The notes beneath the pieces are model-generated. The model did not search any database, was not told where the DNA came from, and saw only the letters and a program-made list of their open reading frames with translations. Positions 39,601 to 46,736 of a stretch of 64,000 bases of DNA are shown here, in pieces (within the stretch, counting starts at the first letter, position 1; each line of letters starts with the position of its first letter). The stretch spans positions 17,933-81,932 of IMG/VR virus record IMGVR_UViG_3300022744_000022; one strand, written 5' to 3'. Position numbers and translations under genes: made by a program. This DNA is from a virus.

Positions 39601-41004
39601 AATCTGCTTCGTCAAGCGATGCCTCAAGGATCGGGACCATCCTTCTGGGTTGAGATCGACTCCGACGGGGACTCCACGTTCATCCTGAACGCCAACGCGA
39701 TCGACATCACCAAGTCTCCGAACCCGATCGCAAACTTCGGGGCGGGTAACTACGTGATCGAGGCTTCTGTGTTCGGGTTTGATCGCGGCACTTTCGACCT
39801 TGGGTCGGAAGCCCGTCTGGTTTTGACTAACCCTTTTGGTATCGGTGGTAACCCCGGGACTGGGGATAGTTGGACCAACGTAGGCACGGGGTCTGTGAGC
39901 CTAGTGACCCGTTCCAACAACATCAACAAGCTGGTCGCAGGGCCTTCAGCGATCATCCCTGGCCCGGCCGAACCGTCGGATCAGATCCTCGTCAACTACT
40001 CCCGCACTGTCTACCAGGGCGATGCGTGGGGCAGTCAGACCAACTACGCAGACATCCCGTACGCCCCGGGTCCCCTGACCTCGGGAACCGCGTACCAGAT
40101 CGATTCCACGGATCTGGATCCCAACGCTTTGACCCGTCCCAACCAGAAGGTTTTGGAGGTGCTCGCCAGCACGAGCTTCTCCACGGACCTCGGAACGGGC
40201 CGTTACTCGGCTGACGCCACTACCACGACCCTGGACTTCAAGGACGTGGGGTACGAGGATCCGACGGTCTATCCGCCGACCTCGGGTATTGCCGATCGTC
40301 CCAAGGTGTTGCCCAACAACTACTCGGCTCAGGATGTGACGAACATCGGAACCGAGTACCTGGGCTGCACGGAGCGCTTGCCGTTGGGTGCCTTGTTCCG
40401 CGACAAGGACTTCCGAGGGCAGGTCTTCACGTACCTCCCGTCCCCGTTGGTCTACTCGGATCAGGTTGGTGCAGGTCCCTCTACAAGCCTTGCTCCGAGT
40501 CACTCGGGTGATCAGGACGAAGTGTTGCTCACCACCGCATCTTCGGGCGTGGGCTCGCCGGGCGACCTTCTGGTTCATGTAGATGGTGAGCAGGGCAACT
40601 ACAACTTGCTCACCAACTTCCGTGTGACTCGTGGCGGCTCTGTGTTCACGGCCTCCGGGGCGAACCCCGGTGGAACCGTGGCGTTGCAGAACCAGGCGTC
40701 GTTGGCTCAAACCAACCACGTCAACGTGCTGCAAGGCCGGGCCATGCTGGTCCGTAACACGGTCACGAACGTGGGGGCTACGGAAGTCTCAGCGGGTGAT
40801 GAGCTGATGCTGCTCATCCTGACGACGGTCCAGCGTCCTGCGGTTGGTACGGTGGACCCCTCAGTGGTTCTCATCGGCACCAACGGTACCGGCGAAGGCT
40901 ACTCGGCCGCCGACCTCTACCGTATCGAGGGTCACCCCTTGGTCCGTAACAACGTTCGAGTAAACCTGGATCCGGCGACCATCCCGCTGGCCAAGAGGGG
41001 TTGA
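36658..41004 (+). CDS. Baseplate/tail-fibre anchor protein B (paralogue of 24329..26899)
   Basis: MTSNFGPGVS vs MTKNFGPAVS fixes the start at ATG 36658; shared GDPGLW.AGDG...LGTVDGY and RPDGL..D.I...DILDLR blocks. Confidence 0.7.
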   Translation: MTSNFGPGVSRVLEAAGTQYTTAIWQQGKPPTDSALNLMQQLATGAVQSAVLRGMPSGFLGNESNPQASFLTDSRWSNFFQFGPQRTGEQQAIMWANVAGFLIPVTGTRTGTPPGSPDNVRTTNIIALDPPPANSGDFRIDFAFLEVWQARVQPNPSTTNKPAASAIYKYGNVEGGASFLADDLIDPSLGFETEQRVQLQYRIRVVKGLVGLTSNPDGFDPVVVKAQGAAAAPTAYTFTNMRQALGDPGLWRAGDGTQNALGTVDGYTYAIPISAIFRRNSVVWGGNPSQNLNGGFNRNPTAVDRLGIKTFSTVPTLAADLSAAATSATLVSATNLPMPLTPATPVTIQIGDEIMTYSSITGTTVNGLVRGQNGTLAEAHKSGLTIKVLSGRPDGLYSDQIANSDILDLRHLVNPNGMDFDALLKSNLDKLLRGQLRANWKRSGGGPQGSFVHYQDAIQSAAVSLGVTQLDAPDNIRMVFSDAATIQPVELVAQPFGSPYAGPGQAINATWSLSLTVNTTLQTVGQQFTAGDTIVIPVNQLKNGLQAGATDQVRWLNDGVVGAIQLRLEGETGDLPSSMYTVTPAVPGPNEDLTITLGGTFPAQLSTTASPRLLHIRAHIVYGAGRGLSRRPDSLHSISYLNPSADLLVQQAGVPLSNKGSRVSWAPLWSKYRSSVFNNALPSTAEMYADLGSKTVIATPFRRVNFTQGLLTIDGDAANPHPDAIVGAPTSGTIAAVNSPTINVASTLNTAVGNALVIASGPGTGRYTITGLVANTSITVDRPIRANAVAVTFTIHTAQGCMPAFTKTGAAKWGTTDPLGMFCGQGAGGPAYNSIYVTLPRHLVPGWGELHVPLLHTDTAAFAQGLNYITNSGTGSSFSDSDKNFVNYNPNTGYTYAGFSTLNLNTSLPSVYNNAFNYVGNNYAGMRFFTDTRGLGRQGLELPPFYGVARLFAVYEVADYLGAGGSGFDPTTRIPTGGGATNLLRQAMPQGSGPSFWVEIDSDGDSTFILNANAIDITKSPNPIANFGAGNYVIEASVFGFDRGTFDLGSEARLVLTNPFGIGGNPGTGDSWTNVGTGSVSLVTRSNNINKLVAGPSAIIPGPAEPSDQILVNYSRTVYQGDAWGSQTNYADIPYAPGPLTSGTAYQIDSTDLDPNALTRPNQKVLEVLASTSFSTDLGTGRYSADATTTTLDFKDVGYEDPTVYPPTSGIADRPKVLPNNYSAQDVTNIGTEYLGCTERLPLGALFRDKDFRGQVFTYLPSPLVYSDQVGAGPSTSLAPSHSGDQDEVLLTTASSGVGSPGDLLVHVDGEQGNYNLLTNFRVTRGGSVFTASGANPGGTVALQNQASLAQTNHVNVLQGRAMLVRNTVTNVGATEVSAGDELMLLILTTVQRPAVGTVDPSVVLIGTNGTGEGYSAADLYRIEGHPLVRNNVRVNLDPATIPLAKRG

Positions 41005-41007
41005 TCC

Positions 41008-41253
41008 ATGCCGCTCATTCGTCGCAGCTACCTAGACCTCTCTCCTGAACAACGTCGTGAAGGTGCAAAGGTTGTGAGGGCTCGAATCACGGCTGCCTTG
41101 GGTAGCCCTGGTTTGGCACCTGATCAAATCCGTCAGCTCCAAGAGCAGATGCACAAGATCTCGATGTGGGAAGCCGGGACTGTAGGCCAAGCCTCACAGT
41201 CCGTAGATCAAGAATTGCTGACGAGTTTCGTGCGACGCTTTTCAGCGAACTAA
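41008..41253 (+). CDS. Small hypothetical protein
   Basis: 81 aa; GAGGGG SD; ends the + strand structural block. Confidence 0.6.
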   Translation: MPLIRRSYLDLSPEQRREGAKVVRARITAALGSPGLAPDQIRQLQEQMHKISMWEAGTVGQASQSVDQELLTSFVRRFSAN

Positions 41254-41906
41254 CTTTTCTTGGGCGTAGGGTCCGTGTTGGACGGGAGCTGCTTGGCGAT
41301 CTTGTCGGCGATGAGCGTGAAGCGTTTGTGCCAAGCAATCAGCTCTTTGTTGGCAGGGGTCTCGCTGACTTCATCAACGTTGAACAAGGCATCGATCTCC
41401 TGTTTGGTGCGCAGTGATGCCTCGACCTTTTTGTTCTGTTGGATAGCCAACGGAAGAAAATCGTCAGCGTCCACTGTGGCACGGACAGCAGCTTCCTCTT
41501 TGTAATACAAGAGGTCGCGGTCGTACTTCTCGCGCAGGCTTTTGCGTTGACGGGGGATGGCCTTGCGGGTCTCCAGCACCTTTTGCCCATCTGCACGCGG
41601 CACCGCCGTAAGGGCGTGCAAAATCATCGTGATGTAAGTGTACGGGACTACGACTTTCGGGTAGTGAACGGCGAGTTCGTTGAGAACCCAACACACTCGT
41701 TCACCGTGACTCTTCAAAGGCGGCGGGACGAATTTCTTCTGGTCCTTGATATCCTTGAGCAGCCTCATTTGGGCGGACTTATCCCCCATGAAAACCACAG
41801 GTTTCACCTTAGCTTTTGAGGGCTTCGATGCCCGAGGGCTCTCGGCTTTGATCGTCGTCTTAGGGGTTTCGCGCAAGCGTCGGATGAGTTGTTCTTGTTT
41901 CGTCAC
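41250..41906 (-). CDS. Basic hypothetical protein, possibly DNA-binding
   Basis: GTGA overlap with upstream gene, GGAGG SD, Lys/Arg-rich. Confidence 0.65.
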   Translation of the reverse strand: MTKQEQLIRRLRETPKTTIKAESPRASKPSKAKVKPVVFMGDKSAQMRLLKDIKDQKKFVPPPLKSHGERVCWVLNELAVHYPKVVVPYTYITMILHALTAVPRADGQKVLETRKAIPRQRKSLREKYDRDLLYYKEEAAVRATVDADDFLPLAIQQNKKVEASLRTKQEIDALFNVDEVSETPANKELIAWHKRFTLIADKIAKQLPSNTDPTPKKS

Positions 41907-43000
41907 GGTAAGGTTCCTCCATGTCTTTCGTGCAGAGCTTTGATGAGAACGAAGGCATCGGAGACGGCGATATACTTCTCGCTATCACCTCCGCGATCGG
42001 GGTGGTGCATGGCCGCGAGGCGCTTCCAGCGGGCCTTGACTAACGGGAGATCAATTATTTCGTCCGATTTAGGTGTGATCAGATCGAGGGCTCGGAAAGC
42101 GGCACTGACCTCCCGTCGTTCGACAACTGAAATTCCGATTTGGTAACGCTGTACGGCACGTCGAAATGTGGCGACGAGATTCTTGAACTGCTGTTGGTAG
42201 TCTTGACGTAGAGTGATGGCATCAATCTCAGATACGCCTTGGATCTCAGCGTCCATCCATTTGAAGAAGTTCAGGCGGATCTCAGCTAGCACAGCGTCTT
42301 CACCCGGCACGGGTGATGTCTTTGGGGCTCGCTTTCGCGTCGTGTGGGCAGCCTGCGGCTCGGGGCCCCTGGTTGCGCTACGCACACCTACTTCGCGAGG
42401 CTCGGGCTTCTCAGGGTTAGCAGCTTGCGACTTCATACCGATAGCAGCGTTCTCCAGTTCCAGCTTGAACTCATCGGACCAACCCCCGGTGCCGTGTCCT
42501 TTCTGATGGCGATCAAGGGTGCGCTCCAACACGTACTGAAGGCTAGAGTCCCAACTCATACCCGAGAGGGTATGGAATCTTTTGGCGTGTTCCAGAATGG
42601 CGCATGCCGTTGAAAGACCGTGGGCGGATTTGGTGGGCAAGATCTTCTCATCCAACGCTTGCCACACAACGCTGATGTCACGCTCGCCCTTGAGGCGTCC
42701 CCGACCTGATCCGCAGTTACCGATAGTGAGCAGGTAATTGTAATCGTGCGAGGTGAGGGACGGGTCATAATACCCGCAGATGACATGCGGGAATTTAGTC
42801 AGTGACGCCCCCGCCGCCAATGTGCTGGCAAAGTCCTTCCAGCGGTTCAAAAACTTAACTGCCAGATGATAGCGGGTTTCGTAGTTGGCTTGAGGTGCTC
42901 TCTCTTGGAACTCCTGCACATAAGCCTGCACCTCAGGGGGTAAGAATTTCGGGATAGCGCTAAGGGTTGATGTTTTGGTGATCTTGCCAGGAGGTATCAT
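41903..43000 (-). CDS. Protein with C-terminal J-domain (DnaJ-like co-chaperone domain)
   Basis: VKARWKRLAAMHHPDRGGDSEKYIAVSDAF with HPD; start ATG 43000 from ATGA overlap and AGGAGG SD. Confidence 0.8.
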   Translation of the reverse strand: MIPPGKITKTSTLSAIPKFLPPEVQAYVQEFQERAPQANYETRYHLAVKFLNRWKDFASTLAAGASLTKFPHVICGYYDPSLTSHDYNYLLTIGNCGSGRGRLKGERDISVVWQALDEKILPTKSAHGLSTACAILEHAKRFHTLSGMSWDSSLQYVLERTLDRHQKGHGTGGWSDEFKLELENAAIGMKSQAANPEKPEPREVGVRSATRGPEPQAAHTTRKRAPKTSPVPGEDAVLAEIRLNFFKWMDAEIQGVSEIDAITLRQDYQQQFKNLVATFRRAVQRYQIGISVVERREVSAAFRALDLITPKSDEIIDLPLVKARWKRLAAMHHPDRGGDSEKYIAVSDAFVLIKALHERHGGTLP

Positions 43001-43938
43001 GCGCCCTCCTCGAACCAAGCGAACCACCCGAGTTTAAGCAAACGAGACGCTTCCTCCTGCACAACTTCCCAAGTTCCGTTGTTGCGGGTTTTTAGAATTA
43101 ACCCCCGTCGAGCCAGAGAGGCGAGAGAGCTAGAGAGGCTGATACCTGGTTTTTGAAGGGCTGCTGCCAGTTCACTAGTAGTAAACGTGCTAGACTTCAC
43201 GTTGAGGATGTACAGCACAATTCGCGGGTCTTGTTTGGTGCGCGGGATGGGGTCCGGTGTTCCCGTCTTAGTTGTCCTAACCCAACGGTTGTCGATGCGG
43301 GTCACCCAACCCCAACGGTGGAGATTGGTCAGAGAGCTGCTGATTTTACCTACACCCACTCCCAGGTGCCCCGCCAGAGACTGACGGTCGATGCCTTCCG
43401 GGAAGGTGTCGAGCGCACTAAGGATGCGATCGGTAAAAGGGGATTCGCGGGTCTCCGACCGTATGCCGATTGTGTCGGCAGAAATGGGCTTTGGGGCCTC
43501 CAGCAGACCCATCTCTGCCAGTAGACGCCCGGCTGGGCTTTCCAGCAGCCCCAGCTCTTCCAGCAGCTTCTCGGCAACTTGCATCGGGCAGGAAGGGTCG
43601 TTCGGTGGTGGGACCGCAGGGTCGTTCGGTGGTGGGACCGCAGCGTCGTTCGGTGGTGGGACCGCAGCGTCGTTCAAGATCTCAAGAGCGAGGGCCAAGC
43701 CGTCCGCTTCTCGCAGAGCTTCGGAGATGTCCAGTAAAAGATCTGAGGGGGCCGAGGGGAGGAAGCGGCGCAGCTTCAGCTCTGCTTCGACAGCCATTTC
43801 ACAAGCGGTGTAATAGTTGCTGCCTGCTGCCAGCAGCTCTTTTGCGAGTGCAAGGAGGGCAGGGTTAGGCGTGGCTCCAAGGGACATGCAAGTACAGAGG
43901 TACACCAGGTAACGTCGTCGCGACAAGTCCAATGGCAC
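42997..43938 (-). CDS. Protein with two winged-helix DNA-binding domains
   Basis: GIDRQSLAGHLGV...ISSSLTNLHRWGWV and FTTSELAAALQKP..SLSSSLASLARRGLI; exact start uncertain. Confidence 0.65.
   Translation of the reverse strand: MPLDLSRRRYLVYLCTCMSLGATPNPALLALAKELLAAGSNYYTACEMAVEAELKLRRFLPSAPSDLLLDISEALREADGLALALEILNDAAVPPPNDAAVPPPNDPAVPPPNDPSCPMQVAEKLLEELGLLESPAGRLLAEMGLLEAPKPISADTIGIRSETRESPFTDRILSALDTFPEGIDRQSLAGHLGVGVGKISSSLTNLHRWGWVTRIDNRWVRTTKTGTPDPIPRTKQDPRIVLYILNVKSSTFTTSELAAALQKPGISLSSSLASLARRGLILKTRNNGTWEVVQEEASRLLKLGWFAWFEEGA
43597..43675. repeat. 24-bp tandem repeat x3.3 encoding ND(A/P)AVPPP linker
   Basis: gtcgttcggtggtgggaccgcag(g/c) at 43597, 43621 and 43645. Confidence 0.95.
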
Positions 43939-43956
43939 TCAGGAGTCTGTTTTTAC

Positions 43957-43989
43957 GCGGAAAGTTTCCGCAGTTTCCGCAGTTTGCGT
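43957..43989. promoter_or_regulatory. Palindrome GCGGAAAGTTTCCGC plus 9-bp direct repeats (AGTTTCCGC x2 + AGTTTGCGT); candidate operator
   Basis: Intergenic between divergent genes, directly upstream of the double-wHTH gene. Confidence 0.5.
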
Positions 43990-44052
43990 GGTCTAGGCAC
44001 TTATCAAGTCTGTGCCAGGCGTCTCTCAGAGTTTTTGGAGGGGGTTTCGGCG

Positions 44053-44058
44053 GGTGTA
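44053..44058 (+). promoter_or_regulatory. GGTGTA promoter-like motif
   Basis: 10 nt before ATG 44069. Confidence 0.55.
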
Positions 44059-44068
44059 GCTCAGGGGC

Positions 44069-44611
44069 ATGTGCCCGGGATCGTACCGTGTAGTGGTGAG
44101 TCGAGATCTCTTACGACAGACGGATGAACCGTGGTCTGGTTTGGAGCTTCGCGACACGCTGCTGATCTTGACTTCGAGCAGAGTGCTGTATGGCTTTTTG
44201 TTTCGGGTGCCTCTCCGCGAGGACACTGTTGCCGATCAAATCGCAAAGACGGGCAGCGGTGCTTTGGCGATCGATGCTTGTCGCGTGCTGGGGTCGGGAC
44301 GCTGGCCGCCAAACCTTTTGCTGGTGCATCACACAACTTGTGGGTCTCAACCTGAGCAATGCCACCCGACTTGTCCGGTTCGTAAGCTTGACGCTCAAAG
44401 CGGCGTCATAACGAGCGGAAAGGTCGCACCCCACCATCGCCGTAATAACACTATGAACCCAGCAGACGGCGGGTATCACGGCCACTTTGGGGACTCGCAA
44501 CTCATCGGGTATGGTGACTCCGGGGGTGCGTCACGGTTTTACCCTCAGTTTAGATCTTTGGTTGAGTGTGTGACCTGGTTGCAAACTTTGGTGGCTACGC
44601 CGCGCGTCTAG
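44069..44611 (+). CDS. DNA N4/N6-methyltransferase-derived protein lacking catalytic and SAM-binding motifs
   Basis: GLELRDT, TGSGALAIDACRV, GRWPPNLLLVH, YGDSGGASRFY match the central part of phage beta-class MTases; no DPPY or FxGxG motif. Confidence 0.65.
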   Translation: MCPGSYRVVVSRDLLRQTDEPWSGLELRDTLLILTSSRVLYGFLFRVPLREDTVADQIAKTGSGALAIDACRVLGSGRWPPNLLLVHHTTCGSQPEQCHPTCPVRKLDAQSGVITSGKVAPHHRRNNTMNPADGGYHGHFGDSQLIGYGDSGGASRFYPQFRSLVECVTWLQTLVATPRV

Positions 44612-44653
44612 GCTTCACTTTCTCCTAATCAAATGTGGTTAGGGAGGTGTCGC

Positions 44654-45043
44654 ATGGACGGTATTGCGGAATTCATCAACACTAACGTACTCCCCCACTG
44701 GCCGTTCGTGGCTGCGATGGTGATCTTCATGATCATCGGCGAGGTCACGACGAAGAACATCTTCACGCGAGATGCGCACAAGACCAACAAGCCCGTGTGG
44801 CTGTTCTGGTGGGGCCGTAAGACTCTGGCGCTCCACCCAATCATCGCGGGTATGGTTCTCGGGCTCATGTGGCGGAACCCCGAGGCAGGGGTGGATACGC
44901 TCGTGGAGTCCATGGCGTACTTTGCGATGGCGGGCGGCTTTTCAGTTTGGGCCTATGAATTTCTGAAAGGCATGGCCAAGAAGGAAGGGATCGACATCGA
45001 TCTTCCTGGCGTTGACGACTCAACACCCCCTCCGGCGAACTGA
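44654..45043 (+). CDS. Putative holin (three hydrophobic segments, acidic tail)
   Basis: GGGAGG SD before ATG 44654; TM-like WPFVAAMVIFMIIG, LALHPIIAGMVLGLMW, MAYFAMAGGFSVWAY. Confidence 0.55.
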   Translation: MDGIAEFINTNVLPHWPFVAAMVIFMIIGEVTTKNIFTRDAHKTNKPVWLFWWGRKTLALHPIIAGMVLGLMWRNPEAGVDTLVESMAYFAMAGGFSVWAYEFLKGMAKKEGIDIDLPGVDDSTPPPAN

Positions 45044-45044
45044 G

Positions 45045-45620
45045 ATGCCCCAAGCGACCCCTCCCCCGCCAATGCCTCCGGAACCCACGGCTCCCCCCGA
45101 GCCTGGGTTCTGGCAGGTTGTGGGTGCCAAGCTAGCGGCATTTGCCAAGTGGGCAGCTCGGGTGCTTGTGGCCCCGGGGGTCGCGTTGCTCCTGATCGTG
45201 GGGGCCGTGATGCTGGTGGCCCTAGGGCTCAAGAACGTTCAGATCGGCGGCCTGCTCGGGATGCTCTTTGGTAAGAAAAAGCCCGAGCACACGGCGATCG
45301 ACACCGCCAACTCGGTGCCTAAGGACCGAGTAGACGACAAGGGCAAGATCATTCCCATCGGTGAGCCCGACTCGAAGGGGATGACGCAAGCGGTCGTGGT
45401 GCCGATCCAGAACCCAGGTATTCTCTCCAATCCTGATCACGTTGTGTTCACGCCGCCGGGCGAGACCAAGCCGATTGAGATTCAGCTACCTGACGGCGTG
45501 AAGGCCAAGGATGTTGAGAAGGTGATCGTCGTGAAGCCCACGAAATTCGTTGTGACGGTGAAGGACAAGTCTGGGATCACCGGCAAGCATGTCGATGACC
45601 TCTTGAAGAAGTACGGCTGA
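45045..45620 (+). CDS. Inner-membrane-anchored protein (i-spanin-like position)
   Basis: Strong TM VALLLIVGAVMLVALGL followed by a soluble domain; follows the holin-like gene. Confidence 0.5.
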   Translation: MPQATPPPPMPPEPTAPPEPGFWQVVGAKLAAFAKWAARVLVAPGVALLLIVGAVMLVALGLKNVQIGGLLGMLFGKKKPEHTAIDTANSVPKDRVDDKGKIIPIGEPDSKGMTQAVVVPIQNPGILSNPDHVVFTPPGETKPIEIQLPDGVKAKDVEKVIVVKPTKFVVTVKDKSGITGKHVDDLLKKYG

Positions 45621-45631
45621 TCGGGAGGCCC

Positions 45632-46273
45632 ATGATGCTGCACCTACTGCCTTGGTTGTTCCTGCTCCCGATGACGCCGATGCAGGCTGCGGGGCCAGAT
45701 CAGGTCGTGGTGGTCGAGGAAGATCCGGCCCCCGCACAGCTCTGCCCTGAGGGCTTTATTTGCGTTCCGCCGGAGGACATGGCGGTGTTCGTTCAGCTCT
45801 TGCGGGACCAGAAGTGTCGGGCCGAGACAGAGCCTAAGATCATCGCTGACTCCGTGGTGATCATTGTGGACCGCCAGGGTCGGGTCTACGGATCAGGTAC
45901 AGGACCCAAGCCCTACAAGCTGCACGTAGACTGGTGCAACTACCAGCTCGACGCCGAGTCCGAAATTCATTTGGATGTGGCGCAACGAGTTGAGCCCACG
46001 TGGGGTTTTCGGCTGCGGGTCAAGGCCACCGCTGGTGTACTGGCGGTGGACGCCTTCACGGTCAACAAGCTCTACGAGGCTCTTGATGGGGGCATCCTGG
46101 TTGAGCCGTTTTTCATTCAATGGGCAAACCTCAATGCGTTCGTTGGGTTTCGCTCGTTTGGTGCCGGTGTTGGCGCTGATGTCACCACCAACATGGGGCT
46201 GTATCTGGGCTATGCGTTGACGTGGGGAACCTGGCGGTCCAACCCCTACTTGGGCGTATCGTTCGCCTTCTGA
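45632..46273 (+). CDS. Exported protein with C-terminal outer-membrane beta-strands
   Basis: Signal-peptide-like N-terminus without lipobox; alternating strands NLNAFVGF, FGAGVGADV, MGLYLGYALTW, C-terminal YLGVSFAF (BAM-type beta-signal). Confidence 0.6.
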   Translation: MMLHLLPWLFLLPMTPMQAAGPDQVVVVEEDPAPAQLCPEGFICVPPEDMAVFVQLLRDQKCRAETEPKIIADSVVIIVDRQGRVYGSGTGPKPYKLHVDWCNYQLDAESEIHLDVAQRVEPTWGFRLRVKATAGVLAVDAFTVNKLYEALDGGILVEPFFIQWANLNAFVGFRSFGAGVGADVTTNMGLYLGYALTWGTWRSNPYLGVSFAF

Positions 46274-46285
46274 GGTCTTGGTGAA

Positions 46286-46729
46286 ATGAAGTCATCTGCT
46301 GGTCTGCACCTGATCATGGACGGCTATGTGAAGGACCCTGGGGTGTTCACCCGGGAGAATCTGGCGCGGCTCTTTGCTCAGCTCATACAGGCTCTGGAGA
46401 TGAAGGCCCTCGACGTGCCCAAGTTCTACGAGGTTGACGTAGACCCGGCGGTCTTGGAGCGCGTGAAGGCTACCGGCAAGTTCGAGGACGAGGGCGGGAC
46501 AACTGGTTTCCAGGTGATCAGCACCAGTCACATGGCGCTGCACTCGTGGCCTCTACAGGCCTTCTTCAGCCTGGATGTTTTTTCCTGCAAGACGTTCAAC
46601 GCGGACTTGGCAATTTCTCTCGTGAAAGAGTCGCTGGGCGTCTACACGGACAACACGGTTGTGTTGCACCGCGAGAAGCCCGCCAATCGGGACGACAGCC
46701 TGTCCATAACTCACCACTTCAAATTCTAG
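46286..46729 (+). CDS. Second SpeD-family pyruvoyl-dependent decarboxylase (divergent)
   Basis: GLHLIMDG...GGTTGFQVISTSHMALHSWP...LDVFSCK.F. Confidence 0.8.
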   Translation: MKSSAGLHLIMDGYVKDPGVFTRENLARLFAQLIQALEMKALDVPKFYEVDVDPAVLERVKATGKFEDEGGTTGFQVISTSHMALHSWPLQAFFSLDVFSCKTFNADLAISLVKESLGVYTDNTVVLHREKPANRDDSLSITHHFKF

Positions 46730-46736
46730 GGTAGCG

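Noticed and set aside
26899..41004. Diversity-generating retroelement or invertible tail-fibre cassette
   Set aside because: No reverse transcriptase or invertase, and no TR/VR-like near-identical repeat pair noticed
1..41253. Extracellular contractile injection system or tailocin instead of phage
   Set aside because: Linked DnaB, polymerase A, primase finger, nucleotide-metabolism genes and homing endonucleases indicate a replicating phage
43597..43675. 24-bp direct repeats as a mini CRISPR array
   Set aside because: Units are head-to-tail with no spacers, keep frame within a CDS (NDAAVPPP), and no cas genes are present
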